The notes below the pieces were generated by a model. It was given only the letters and a program-made list of their open reading frames with translations, did no database searches and was not told the origin of the DNA. DNA of 64,000 bases from contig JANHCV010000008.1 in NCBI GenBank assembly GCA_025594325.1, positions 1,240,001 through 1,304,000 on the forward strand. The letters run 5' to 3'. The stretch comes from Blastocladiella emersonii ATCC 22665. Its lineage: Eukaryota; Fungi; Blastocladiomycota. Positions 35,047 through 46,652 of the stretch are shown in pieces. Position 1 is the first letter of the stretch. Every line of letters begins with the position of its first letter. The position numbers and the translations under genes are program-made.

Positions 35047-36519
35047 ATGGATGAATCAACACGTGAACACCAGCAACTATTAAAACGCCGCGAAGCAGCG
35101 CTTTTCAGCGCGCTCAGTTTGCGGGCGGAGCTGTGCCACACCACCCTCGTCATGCGCAGCGCTACTCTCGACGACATTCAACTAAAAGTCCTGCGGGATC
35201 GTGCCCGTGTCACTGCGGAGTCTCTTGACGAAGTTGAGAAGGCGGGCGCTGTTATGGAGGAGCAGCCCGCCGCTTCGTTGAATGAATCATCGAGCCCGCC
35301 TACTCCGACTGCTGACTCCTCGCCTACTCCGACCACGACTCTCACTTCTACCCCAGGCAAGACTCTCACTCCTACCTCGGACCTTACTATCCCGCTCGTT
35401 CCGAATGATGCTCCCGCGCCCACTTCGGTCACTTCGCCCACGTCTCCCTTGGCCACCGTTACTATGCCTATTCCGACCACTTCTCGGGCGACTCCTTCGG
35501 ACACCACTCTTAAACCCTCGATACCGGCCTCTCCGCTTTCTCCGCCATCACCATCGCCGCAATCCGGCAAAGCTCCAGCACCGGACCTCACCATGCTGGT
35601 GAAAAAACGGATGCCGTACTTGAACGTGGACCGTGCAAACATCCCGGCCAACATGAATATCAAGAGTCCGGTCCTTTTTCTCACTAAGCTTCGCGCCGTG
35701 GACCCACAAGCCAGCTTGGCATCGCTCCTACTCGCCGCGCGCTCGAGGGTTCGGCCCAGCTTCTACGCTGTGTACTCGGCATTGCTTTCTCAGTCGATGA
35801 CCGACGAGGACGCTGAAACCGCGTTCTGCCGCGCCGCCGATCCTCAATGGAACCCTGTTTGGGTCAGCAACTGGCTTAGGTTGTCGCCGGCATCACTTGA
35901 CAGGCTCAACAAGTTTTACACCACCTTTTGCAGCCTGCTTGCCGAAGTGGTCGCAGTGACGCCCGCTTTGAAAAAGGAGCGGCATATCAAGCTTCTGTTT
36001 GTGCTCAAGATCGAGGGTAGGCTTGGACCCGTCCCTGAATCGATCTGGCGAATTGTGGAGAACGACGACCAGTCGCTCGACGATATCGTTGCCGAAAACG
36101 ACCGGCTCCCTTTGCCACAAATGCCCTCACCAGCTGGCCGCGGGCTGGGGACTTGTGAGCTGTGCGACATTTTGGTTTCACAGACCAGACATGTCGCGAT
36201 GGCCGGTCATGGCACCAGGGCCTGCCCGCTGCTCAAGCAACCTGAAAGGATCGCAGAGTCGTTTGTTGCTGCCACACGCGCACTTGGCTTCACAGATCCC
36301 GTGCTGCCCTCGAAAGACGATGACGTTGCTCTCGTAACTGAGGAGTGGTGGCACCGTTTACAGCGGCATATTCCGCCCGGGACGAAGCACGCCCCTGGCC
36401 TCAACATCAAGCGGTGCCGTGTATTGCTGGTGGAATTGCTTCACCTCCCGGGTTCCCGGCGGACCGGCATTCTCTGGAAGATGTGGGCGCACGTCGCGAG
36501 GCTGACTGGGGCCGGCTGA
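35047..36519 (+). CDS. Gag-like family member B (subgroup II), 490 aa, intact
   Basis: Core FLTKLRAVDPQASLASLLLAARSRV...FYTTFCSLL...RHIKLLF; knuckle CELC-x14-H-x4-C; C-terminal IPPGT...KRCR...W domain. Confidence 0.8.
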   Translation: MDESTREHQQLLKRREAALFSALSLRAELCHTTLVMRSATLDDIQLKVLRDRARVTAESLDEVEKAGAVMEEQPAASLNESSSPPTPTADSSPTPTTTLTSTPGKTLTPTSDLTIPLVPNDAPAPTSVTSPTSPLATVTMPIPTTSRATPSDTTLKPSIPASPLSPPSPSPQSGKAPAPDLTMLVKKRMPYLNVDRANIPANMNIKSPVLFLTKLRAVDPQASLASLLLAARSRVRPSFYAVYSALLSQSMTDEDAETAFCRAADPQWNPVWVSNWLRLSPASLDRLNKFYTTFCSLLAEVVAVTPALKKERHIKLLFVLKIEGRLGPVPESIWRIVENDDQSLDDIVAENDRLPLPQMPSPAGRGLGTCELCDILVSQTRHVAMAGHGTRACPLLKQPERIAESFVAATRALGFTDPVLPSKDDDVALVTEEWWHRLQRHIPPGTKHAPGLNIKRCRVLLVELLHLPGSRRTGILWKMWAHVARLTGAG

Positions 36520-37299
36520 GTTGCGTTGCTCGTGTGCTCGGAGGTTTATAAAAACTGCCTTTTTTAAAAACTTTGGCCAGTCTCTAACAATTGAAGGACT
36601 GTGATGGTTTGCCTGGATGACTACGTGTGAAGTCGACATCTCTTGAGCCGGGTGCAGGATGTGCGTGGCCGCAATTCACGCGTCGCTCATTACGTGCAAG
36701 CCGCGCGTGACATGGCGTCCATCCCGCGCGAATCGGGCACCTCCCTGACGCGACATTCGTGTACTCTCGCTCGTTGATAGCGACACCTGATAATCACAGA
36801 GCTAAACGTCTCCAGCGAAAATTGTGCGACCGCTCGCTCTCCTCAACTCGAGGGCCCAAACGTGACCACCTTCGGCCGCAACGGAGAGCGGAAACTTCCG
36901 GGAAACATGGTCGGCGATGACAGGAACCAAGCGCGGGGCCTCGGCGCGGGGCAGGACCCGGGCGTACTGCGCGAGCCCGTCGCGGTCCGCCTGGTCATGG
37001 AGACTGACGGCTCTGATATGTCCTCAAGCACAAGCGTTACATCCCTCTTGTATGAGGATCAGCCGACCCTCGCACAGGGCTTCGCTGATATTCACACGAG
37101 ACAGCTGGCGCGCGACCGACCCTTGCGCAAGCGACGTTGCACGGGGCCTTCGCAGCGGTGGTCGTTCTGGCGATATTGGACGGTGTAGGATGTGGTACGC
37201 GATCGCGTCGCGCAGTGCCGGTGAGCAATTAGAGTGTATTCAAAGCGGTAGGCAGTCAGGTTTCCGGCGAACATGAGGTGAAACGAAAGATTCTACGTC

Positions 37300-38730
37300 T
37301 TAGTCCTGCTTCCCTTTGCGAATCTCGCCGACCAGCGCCCACATACGCTGCAGCGTGGCCGACTCAACAAACTCGGCGGCGCGAAGGCACTTGATTGCCG
37401 GTTTGATGTGCGCGTGCTGCTCGCCCGTCGCCTCAAAGCGGGCAAGATACCCGCGCAGAAGCTCGCGCAGCGCGTCATCAGCGAGCGACTCACCGTAGGG
37501 CGCCGTAATTCGCTCGATGCGAAGGGCATGCTCGAGCGCCAATGCGAACTGACGAGCGTCGCGGCGACGGAAGCAATCGGGGAGAGGGTGCTGGCAGAGC
37601 GACTCGGGCTTGATGTCGAGCGTGGTGCAGAGAGGGCAAAGTTGCAGCGTCGATCGCGGAGGGGTCAAACAAAGGGAACATGTCTCGGCAAGACTTGTAA
37701 CGGCAAGACTTGAACGAACCGTTGACTGGGTAAGCTCCTTGACCAGGTCAGAAAGGTTCATGGTTTGGGCCCACAGGTCTTTTGCTTTGTGTTGTGTACT
37801 GCGATTGAGCCCTAGGTCGTTGCAATCGATTCCAAGCCCTTCGAGAAATAGGGTCTTGAGGTGCAATGTGCGGTCGACTTCAGCGCGAGAAATCTCGGGC
37901 GAAAGGAGCGCTAAGAACCGCTCCGCGAACCGCTCAACGGACTCGTGCTTGTTCCGCTCAAGCGTGCACCAGTCGGCCATCCAATCAGGCCGCCGGGCTG
38001 GATTGAAGGCATCGAGAAACACCTGGCGAGCTTGCGCGTCGGTCATGTCCGGACGTAGGAGTACCGCACAGCAGCGATAAACCGGAGTTGTGAGTAGCTG
38101 TCGCGAACAAAGCAGGGCACGAGCGAGTTCGCCTGGAGGACAGACGACCGCGGCTTTTTCAACAAATACGCGAAGTTTATGACGGATGGCTGTAGATGTA
38201 AGCTCGGTAACACCAGAATCAAATGAAGGCAAAGCTTGGCAGTCAGTCATGCGGGACCGAAACTCCTTGCCTGTGAGAGATCCGGTACTATGACGATCTG
38301 GAGGTTTACCATTATTCCGCTGAACATTAGTTGTCGGTGTCGGTAACTGTTGTGAATTCGAATGGGCCGAGACCGAGCTCAGGCGCGACGAAGCAGGGGA
38401 GCGAGAGCGCGAACGTGAACGCGAGTGAGAGAGGATCGACAAGCGCCCCAAGGTAGGCGGAGACCGCGACCGACGCCGGCCCTGCGTGTCAGACTGCGAG
38501 AGAGCCGGGGCGCGCTGCGGAAGCATGGCCACAGCGCTCGCGGACACGACGATGGAAGCTGCGGAGTGCAGCAGCGGGGGCACGCTCTCCGGAACCTGTT
38601 CGATTGTTGGCTGGATCCGCTGAGACATAATAGTTTTGAAATAGCGCGAGCGAACGTCCATGGCGCTGAGCAGGGTCTGCTGCTCGAGCGCCGACTTTGC
38701 CTGAATATTCATGGAGGGTGATTGATTCAT
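37300..38730 (-). CDS. Gag-like family member C (subgroup III), 476 aa, intact
   Basis: MHR-like LERNKHESVERFAERFLALL followed by HLKTLFLEGL and NLSDLVKEL; knuckle CPLC-x12-H-x4-C. Confidence 0.8.
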   Translation of the reverse strand: MNQSPSMNIQAKSALEQQTLLSAMDVRSRYFKTIMSQRIQPTIEQVPESVPPLLHSAASIVVSASAVAMLPQRAPALSQSDTQGRRRSRSPPTLGRLSILSHSRSRSRSRSPASSRLSSVSAHSNSQQLPTPTTNVQRNNGKPPDRHSTGSLTGKEFRSRMTDCQALPSFDSGVTELTSTAIRHKLRVFVEKAAVVCPPGELARALLCSRQLLTTPVYRCCAVLLRPDMTDAQARQVFLDAFNPARRPDWMADWCTLERNKHESVERFAERFLALLSPEISRAEVDRTLHLKTLFLEGLGIDCNDLGLNRSTQHKAKDLWAQTMNLSDLVKELTQSTVRSSLAVTSLAETCSLCLTPPRSTLQLCPLCTTLDIKPESLCQHPLPDCFRRRDARQFALALEHALRIERITAPYGESLADDALRELLRGYLARFEATGEQHAHIKPAIKCLRAAEFVESATLQRMWALVGEIRKGKQD

Positions 38731-38750
38731 GATTGCCGAATCCCTGCAGC

Positions 38751-38856
38751 AAGTTGCGTCAAGTTACATATACTCTATGCCGGGATAGCATCTGGATCGA
38801 GAGAAGTTGCGTCAAGTTACATCTACTCTATGCCGGGATAGCATCTGGATCGAGAG
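38751..38856. repeat. 53-bp tandem duplication just upstream of member C
   Basis: AAGTTGCGTCAAGTTACAT(A/C)TACTCTATGCCGGGATAGCATCTGGATCGAGAG at 38751-38803 and 38804-38856, one mismatch. Confidence 0.92.
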
Positions 38857-39063
38857 GAGAAAGAATCATGTCACGAGGCGACGCGTCACGAAGCGCGTCC
38901 CACTGCTCACGTGATTGTTTGACGCGTCTCGCACCCAAGCTCTCGCTTGACAGGAACCAGTGTCTTCTCACTGTGAGGGTAGCCGAAGGGAAGCGACGGT
39001 CAGTATAGTTCATTTGTCATTTAGCAAACAATTAGCAGAGAAACAATAACAAAAGTCGCCGTG

Positions 39064-40431
39064 TTACCGCCGCGTGCCTTGTAGCTGCGCGACGAGATCC
39101 CACACGCGGCGCAGTTCCGGCGGGTCGAGGTGCTCCGTCAGCTGGAGGTACTTGACTGCAGCGCCAATGTGTCCGAGACTTTCGCCATTTGCCTCGAAGC
39201 TCGTGAGATACTCGCGCATGAGCACACGCAGGGCCTCGTCTGACAGCCGCTCGAGGCGCGGCACGCGGATCCGCTCCACGCACAACGCGTGCTCGATGGT
39301 CTTTGCGAAGGGGTGGGGGTTGCGGCGGCGCTTGCACCGTTCGAGCGAGTGCCGGCACAGCTTGTCGGGCCGGCTGTCGAACGAGGAGCAGATCGGGCAA
39401 AGTGGTAGTTTCGATCGGAGAGACGGCGGGCGCGGGTGTGATGCATCTTCGCGTAGCAGAAATGCGCGGAGCGAAAAAGCGGGCCGCATGCTCGCAATTT
39501 TGTTGACCAGCGCGAAGAATGTCATGGGTTGGTTGAACCACAAAACCCGGAGTTCTCGATGCTTTTCAGCGCTCAGGCCAAGATTGCTGCAGCCGTGGCC
39601 CAGCTTAGCAAGGTAAATGAGCCGAAGGTGCGGGACGTTTTCGACCTCGTGGCGTGGAACGGCCGGCGCGACGAGGTGTAAGAACCGCTCCGTGAACCGC
39701 TCCGCTGACTCGCCCTGGTGCCGCTTAAGCGCACACCAGTCATCGAGCCACGGCGGCCGCCGATCCCGATCAAAGGCGTCAAGGAACACGCGGTGAGCTT
39801 TGCGCGCCTGTCATGTCGGCCCGTAGGAAGATCGCATAGCAAGTGAACGCGGATGTCTTGAACATGTTCCGAGCAAGCAATGTTGCACGAGTGAGATTGC
39901 CCGGGAGACATTCGGCTATAATCGTGTCCACGAACGCGCGCAGCGCGTCACGAAGGGACTGCGAGCCGAGTTCGTCGGCCTTGCACGGATTACACGCCGC
40001 CGAAGCTCCGTGTTGGTCAATGATGCAGCGGATGGATCGGGGTTTTTCGTATGAGATGAGCGCGTGAGCAGGCGTGACTGGTCACCCATACCCGGCAAGC
40101 CGTGTGCTTCGCGGCCGTGCGAGGGTGAGTGAGAGCGGGAGCGAGAGCGCGTGGGCGGGTGGAGATCACGATGCGAGTTCGTCGAAGCCAGTGATGATCT
40201 TGACCGCACGAGGGCTGCGGGTTGGGCTCGTGGGCGACCCTCAACGGACCCGATACTGAGCGTCGCCGAAGACCCGTCATATACGTAAGCCAAGCCCCAG
40301 GAGAACGTAATTCTTGGCTTGAGCCGCCACATAAGAGCAGTGCTGATAGATTGCAGCCGCAGATTCATGGATTGGAGCAAGAAAGTTGTGTCGTCTGGGC
40401 GTCGCTCCGAGGCGAAGCAGGCATCGTGCAT
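39064..40431 (-). pseudogene. Gag-like family member D (subgroup III), at least two frameshifts
   Basis: Header FLLQSMNLRLQSISTAL; a +1 insertion near 39800 (CAA A GCT); MHR-like LKRHQGESAERFTERFLHLV; knuckle CPIC-x12-H-x4-C. Confidence 0.8.
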
Positions 40432-40650
40432 GGTTGATACTATGAAGCGCGTTGCATGGAGTATTGCATGGTAGTCTACTGTCGGGTGCGTACTAGTGCG
40501 AGCGGGAGAGAGCGCTAAGGCGCGCTCCGTGGCACCGCGTGTGTCGCTCAAACACCCCACTAGAACCCCTGGTCGGGTTCGCCCTCGCGCCCGCGACGCG
40601 TTGCTCGCTCTCATTCACGCGTGCGCTCCTCGAAAGAGTAGACTATTTCA

Positions 40651-42183
40651 ATGAAGACTCCATGCAGCGCGACTCTCAACAGCACTTCGACGGGCTCGAG
40701 TGTAAATGAACTCAGCGCCGCACTCTCGCCGGCCACCGTCCAAAGTAACAACACGGCCACTGCCGCCGCGACTCTTTCGGCTATGAACTTGCGCCTCCAA
40801 TTTATCCACGCAGCATTTGAGTACCGCCGGCATCAGCCCGCGACAGTCGAACAGCTGGCCGTGGCTATCGCCAAGCATGAACTCTTCTCATCCCAACTGG
40901 CAGAGTTGGAAGTGTCCGTGGGTAGCACTGTTCGACCTCCAAATGAGCTTGCTGCTATGTCTGAGCCGCCGAGATGTTCCGAAAATGGCGATTCTGCGCT
41001 GCCCGCGCCGTCCGACTGCAGCCCCAAGCCGCACGAAAATTCGGGTCTTGCGCCTTACGCATCACCCAAACGGCCCGATCTGGATGCGAAGCTCGAGACA
41101 ACTTCTCGTGCCGCGTCACCGCGGGCTCTGACTTTGCGCGCCCAAGCCCACATCCCTCGGTCAACTCCCGCCGACCTCGCGCACCGAATCCGAACGACGG
41201 TGCCACAGTTTCCCGAGGTTTCTTCTAGCGATCCCACCGTCGCAACCCGCAGCGCCCGAGTCTTCCTCGCCGACTTGCACAGCCTGGTACCCGACGTCTC
41301 GCTTGCAACGGCGATGCTCAATGCGTACCCGATCCTTCCGCGCAAGCTGTACCCCTCGTTTGCAGTGACTTTGCGCGCGACGGCGCCGGACGAGGACGCG
41401 GAACGCGTCTTCCTCGCCGCTGTCAAACCCAACAAGTGGGGCTCCGAGAGACTCGAGCAGTGGCTTGCTTTGAAGCCGAGACCGGGGCAAACGGTGGCTG
41501 ACTTCTTTGCCGTTTACCGCAGGCAGCTCAAGAAGGTGATCACCCTTGATGACGCCGCGGAGCGAGAGTGGCACGTGAAAAAGCTGTTTCTCGATCGATT
41601 GTTCCTTGCGTTCGGCTACAATCCCGGCGACTCCCTTGCCATGACGCGAAACAGTTCCATTTCACTTACCGAGATGGCGGATTTGCTGGGGCACCTCGTC
41701 ATTCCTTTGTCGCGCCTGTCTGCGGAACCAGCCGATCTCGATGGCGGTGAGGGCGATCCGCCGAACTCGTCGGAACCGTTCTCGAATCAATTTCGAATCT
41801 CAGCCAGCGACCAACGCAGCTGCAGCTACTGCGAGCGACTTGGAGGCGAAGCAAGCACGTTCGAGTCGCACATCACAAAGGATTGCCTCGACCTTCAAGA
41901 CCTGCAATCGATTGCAATCTGCGTTGGATTCGCGGCTCGCTACGTGCACGCCCCAAGCCCGCCTCGATCAGGCCACATGAAGAACCATATCCAGGTGTAC
42001 AACGAGTTTGTGCAATGGCTAGCGTTCGTTCATAAGATACCTATACCGAAAGGGACAGCCGGGTCCAAGCGGTCCACAATCAAGGCCGCGCGGAGGAAGT
42101 CGTTTGCGCTGTGCGGCCTTCCAGCGGAGATCTTGAATGACCTGCTCCCGCTTGTGCTGGAACATATCCTTGACCTGTGGTGA
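40651..42183 (+). CDS. Gag-like family member E (subgroup IV), 510 aa, intact
   Basis: Header ATLSAMNLRLQFIHAA; LKPRPGQTVADFFAVYRRQL; WHVKKLFLDRL; knuckle CSYC-x12-H-x4-C; IPKGT domain. Confidence 0.8.
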   Translation: MKTPCSATLNSTSTGSSVNELSAALSPATVQSNNTATAAATLSAMNLRLQFIHAAFEYRRHQPATVEQLAVAIAKHELFSSQLAELEVSVGSTVRPPNELAAMSEPPRCSENGDSALPAPSDCSPKPHENSGLAPYASPKRPDLDAKLETTSRAASPRALTLRAQAHIPRSTPADLAHRIRTTVPQFPEVSSSDPTVATRSARVFLADLHSLVPDVSLATAMLNAYPILPRKLYPSFAVTLRATAPDEDAERVFLAAVKPNKWGSERLEQWLALKPRPGQTVADFFAVYRRQLKKVITLDDAAEREWHVKKLFLDRLFLAFGYNPGDSLAMTRNSSISLTEMADLLGHLVIPLSRLSAEPADLDGGEGDPPNSSEPFSNQFRISASDQRSCSYCERLGGEASTFESHITKDCLDLQDLQSIAICVGFAARYVHAPSPPRSGHMKNHIQVYNEFVQWLAFVHKIPIPKGTAGSKRSTIKAARRKSFALCGLPAEILNDLLPLVLEHILDLW

Positions 42184-42645
42184 CGCTATCGCTTGATAGT
42201 TTTGTTTCAATAGACTGAAGTTGACAGCTGATCTCGAGGGATCGCGGAAGAAGCGGCGGCGGTCTTCAATGCTCCCGCCGCGTAGAGAAAAACACGTACT
42301 GATCCCACGTTTCGCAGGACGGGTAGCCTTCGCCACATGGGCGAGCGACGCTGCGGCCGCCTATCGTCTCGAACACCGTCGTGTCGATCATGTCCCCAGT
42401 CCTCGGGTCGTACCGTGTGATGAATCATGAGACACGGCTGTTTACACGTGCGCTTTATTGGTGAACCCTGCGGGAAATGAGTGGAACGCGGGAGACATGT
42501 GCGCGTGACACGCACGCCACGGCTGTCAGGAGGTGGCGCCGCTTCCATTTCCTCGCCTCTCTCGTCTGCGCAGCGCCTGCCCGAGCGCTCCCTCTCCCAC
42601 CGAACCTTGTTACAACACTTCCACTGACATGTAACTTGATGCATC

Positions 42646-43982
42646 ATGGGCGAATCAACGCCCGAACACCAAAGACTTGTTGAGCGCCGTAAAGCGACGC
42701 TCGTCACTGCACTCAATCTGCGAGCAGAGCTATGGCAGACCACTCTTGCTTTACGCAGCGCCTCGCTTGGCAGTGCTCAACATAAGATTCTGGAGGCGAG
42801 TGCGCGTGCCACGGCCGAGTCACTGAGCGAGGTCGAGGCGGCAAGTCTTCTGATTGAGGCGCAGCTCGCCGCGCCGCTGCTCGAGCCATCGCACTTGCCT
42901 ACCAGGGCCATCACTCTTGCGCTTACTCCGGCCCCCGCCCGCACACTTACTCTGACCTCCGCTTCCACGCCTTCTCCGGTCCCCGCTGTCATGCATTCTC
43001 CATTCCCCGTTTCCACGGCTTCTCCAGCAAGCACTTGCAAGCTTCTTTCGGCGACCGCTCTCGCGACTCCGCTACCAACCCCACAGCTTCCTCTGCCCTT
43101 GCCACCGCCGCAAGTCGACATCTCCCCCAAGCCAGACCTTGCCACCCTGGTCATGCAACGCTGCCCGTACTTCAACGTGGAGCGAGCAAACGTCCCGGCC
43201 GAGAAGAATATCAACAGTCCGGTCCTTTTTCTCAGTAAGCTTCGCGCGGTGGCCCCGCAAGCCGGCTTGGCATCGCTGCTAATCGCGGCACGCTCGCGGG
43301 TTCGGCCAAGCTTTTACACTGTGTACTCGGCAATGCTATATCCGTCAATGCCCGACGAAGAGGCCGAACTCGCTTTCTGCCGCGCAGCCGATCCCGAATG
43401 GAAAACGTCTTGGGTTAGCGATTGGCTTGCGCTGGCGCCGAGGTCCCTCAGCAGGATCGACGCTTTTTACGCAACGTTTTGCCAGCTGCTCTCAGGGGTT
43501 GTCAAGGTGACACCCGAGTTCAAACAGCAGCGTCATATCAAATTGCTCTTAGTAATCAAGATTGAGGGTGAGCTTGGTACACTTGAACTCCCGCCGGCCG
43601 CACGCTCCCCGACAGTTCGAAAATTTGCGTGCTATGCAATAATGACGATCAAGTCGCAATGGCTGGGCATCACACCGAGGCTTGTCCGCTGCTTGATCAG
43701 CCTGAAGTCCTCGCCGAGTCGTTTGTGTCCGCTGCACGCGCACTTGGTTTTGCGGACCCCGTGAAGCCCTCGCAGGACGACAACATTGCCGAGATAACCG
43801 AGGATTGGCGGCGGCGCATTCAGAAGGGACAGATTCCGCCCGGCACGACGAAACCCGCTGCACTCAATATTAAACGGTGCCGTTTCATGCTGGCGGCGTT
43901 ACTCGGCCTCCCGCGGTCGCGACAGATCGGCACACTGTGGGACATGTGGGAGCGGGTGGCGAAGCTGACCGGGAACGGCTGA
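42646..43982 (+). pseudogene. Gag-like family member F (subgroup II), deletion and frameshift near 43580
   Basis: Close paralog of B, missing the segment after KIEGELG. The knuckle CVLC-x10-H-x4-C and C-terminal domain are in the 43629-43982 frame. Confidence 0.8.
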
Positions 43983-44922
43983 GTCGTGTTGTTCGAGCAG
44001 TAAGGGAGCTGTTGTAAACTTTGGTTCAATTTATGGCCAGTCTCTCGCTGTAAAGTGATTCAGACTATCCAACATTAAGCGGAAATCTTCTTGATAGAGG
44101 TCCATAGATCGAACTCTACCTTGTCAATGCGAGCCGGTCACCTTCGCGCCTCAACCTTCGCGCGCTCCAGCTCTCGCCTTGGCTCATAAAGTACATGTAT
44201 CCCACGAACACTCTATGCAACTTACCCCTCGGAGTGCCCGGAACGGATCTGGACCGTGCCCGCGCTCCGATTGCACAGTACATGCTAGCGCCCGACACGT
44301 CTGGAGTTGAGAACGGCACGCGCTTGAGCCATGCCTCGACGCTCCTGGCGGCTACGGGTGAGACCTCGACGTAGCTTGAGACTCAACTACTTCAATCCAT
44401 GAAATCGCACTTGCAGAATATCCGGGAATCGGTAAAGAGCCGCCTGGCTGCTGCTGCTGCTGCAAGTACGCGATCGCTGCAGCTTTTGGGTGTTGACGTC
44501 TCCGCCAATTTGACGTTTAATCCGGCAAGAGATTGCACCCTTATGGAATTTTCGCCGGATTGCGACTTCCGATTTAAGGCGATTGTACCGCCAGCAGGGC
44601 TTTTTTCAATGCCGCCAACTTCGGCTCCGGCTGTGGAGTTACACTCGCGCAGCCCATCTCCCACGTTTCCCAATACGTTCTCATCGCGGCCAAGAAGTCC
44701 CCGCTCTGCACGAGTTGTGCAACGCCGTCAAGGGCGAGATGTCACAGGACGAATGATATACAGAATGTTCACATGCGGCAGCGCTTCAGCGAACGCTCGC
44801 GTTGCTCATCGGCGCGTGGTTCACACGCGATGTGGCGCAGCTGAAGCAAACCTTGGAGTCGGCGATCTCGCCGCCGCGCCCCGTCCCGCTCCAAACACCA
44901 TATGATTAACGACGATAAACAA

Positions 44923-46485
44923 ATGGAGACTTCATGCAACGTGACTGGTGAGGATCGGGGTATCAGCTTGGATCGGGCCCGCGCTCGCGTCGCGCCGTTC
45001 CTGGCGGGTCGATCTGCGGGAGTTCCTCGGGACTCCACTGAGACGCGGGAACTTGCCGAGGCCGCAACGCTTTGCGCGATGGACGTGCGTCTCCAGCTGA
45101 TCCGGGCTTCTCTTGCTTCGCGACTCGTCCAGTCACCAACCGCGGGACAGTTCGCTGCCTATTCACGAACCGCGCGTGATCTCGCGCAGCAAATACACGA
45201 ATTGGAACGGCTTCGCGCTCGTTTGCTCTCTAGTTTATCCGCTCCGCGTCCTTGCCACGCTTTGTCCAGCGTCCCCGCCGATGGTACATCATCAGCGCAC
45301 CGTGCGTCGCCGACTCGTCCCGATCACGATCATCGGCATGTGGCAGTGTCCGAGCAACCGCGGCAGATGCAGCAGCCGCCCACGCAGGTTGCTCGCGCTT
45401 CGTTCCCGAGTCCAGTTCCGTCAGTCTCGCCTGCATCGAGTCCGCTCGCTGCGACTCGTAATTCTGATCCATCGTCTGTTTTGGCCTTTCGTCGCTCCCT
45501 CGCTGCAAACCGCGGCCATGTGTTCTCCATGCTCAAGGCGAGCGGCCCACGCTTTCCCGCTGAGCTCATGCATCCCGCCAAAGCGGTCCGCGAAGCCGAA
45601 TCGTTCCTCGCTGCCCTTCGACGCCTTGTGCCAGATGTGCCACTTGCCGAGGCGTTACTCCAGTCCTACACCAACTTGCCGCGTCAACTATACCGCTCGT
45701 TTGCTATCCGCTTGCGCGAAACTTCATCTGATGAGGAAGCCGAGCGCGTGTTCCTTGCTGCCGCTGACCCGCGCATTCCGGTCCCGCGTGCTGTCAATCA
45801 ATGGCTTTCAACTATGCCTCAACCCGAGGACACCGTGGCGCAGTATTTTGTTCAATATCGTGCGCGGCTCGAAGCCATTGCCCCGCTCTCGCCCGAGCTC
45901 GAGACTTCCTGGCACATGAAGAAGTTGTTTGCTGACAAGCTCTTCATCGCATTCGGGTATAACCCGGGCGACACGTTGGCCGTGGTCCGAGACCCGCACG
46001 TCTCGCTTTCCGACATGGCCGCCTTGCTGGGCAGTCTCCAGTTCCCCGCGCATGGACCAAGCGTGGTGCGGTCGAGGCCGTCCGACGCTGGGAGGTCGGG
46101 GTCGTACAGCGGCGCGGGCACGACTTGCGTCTACTGCATCCGAGCCCAGCAGTGCGGTGCCAATCTGTCGCACGAAACCGCTGCGTGCCCAATCCTACGC
46201 GTCCCTCGGTCCATTGCTTTGACAATCGTGAACGCGGCGCGTGCGCTCGACCTCCCCCGCCCGCCTCGCGCTGAATCCTCAGACCCAGGTGACAAGGTTG
46301 GCGCTGCGGCGCTCAAGTACCTCAGCCTCGTGCGAGAACGCAATATTCCGAAGAGTACCCCGCCGACCAAGGCCCTTGTCATCAAGGCGGGGCGGGCCAG
46401 CGTCACTGGGCTCCAAAGTCTCCCAGGTTCCATGTTTATTCGGGTCGCGGCGGATGTCTGGAAAGCGATTCTTGAAATCTCTTGA
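44923..46485 (+). CDS. Gag-like family member G (subgroup V), 520 aa, intact
   Basis: METSCN start; TMPQPEDTVAQYFVQYRARL; WHMKKLFADKL; SLSDMAALL; knuckle CVYC-x11-H-x4-C. Confidence 0.8.
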   Translation: METSCNVTGEDRGISLDRARARVAPFLAGRSAGVPRDSTETRELAEAATLCAMDVRLQLIRASLASRLVQSPTAGQFAAYSRTARDLAQQIHELERLRARLLSSLSAPRPCHALSSVPADGTSSAHRASPTRPDHDHRHVAVSEQPRQMQQPPTQVARASFPSPVPSVSPASSPLAATRNSDPSSVLAFRRSLAANRGHVFSMLKASGPRFPAELMHPAKAVREAESFLAALRRLVPDVPLAEALLQSYTNLPRQLYRSFAIRLRETSSDEEAERVFLAAADPRIPVPRAVNQWLSTMPQPEDTVAQYFVQYRARLEAIAPLSPELETSWHMKKLFADKLFIAFGYNPGDTLAVVRDPHVSLSDMAALLGSLQFPAHGPSVVRSRPSDAGRSGSYSGAGTTCVYCIRAQQCGANLSHETAACPILRVPRSIALTIVNAARALDLPRPPRAESSDPGDKVGAAALKYLSLVRERNIPKSTPPTKALVIKAGRASVTGLQSLPGSMFIRVAADVWKAILEIS

Positions 46486-46652
46486 CAATATACGTACTCT
46501 TTGCTCAGTCTCGGCTCGCGAAAATTAACGGTAAAGTATCACGCGTCGCGATATCACGTGACGCGAAACACGCGTCCTGCCCGGCCGTTCACGCGGCGGC
46601 GGCTAGTGTCTCAGCAGCCTCATCCCCTCGTCCGAACAACATCCCAGACTCC

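Noticed and set aside
43567-43615. Intron explaining the frameshift in member F (GTGAGC...CAG or GTACAC...CAG)
   Set aside because: Both candidates are multiples of 3 (48 and 39 nt) and do not restore the knuckle frame. A deletion relative to B explains the break better.
44392-44905. ORF 44399-44905 and other short intergenic ORFs
   Set aside because: No motif or paralog support. Such ORFs are expected by chance at this GC content.
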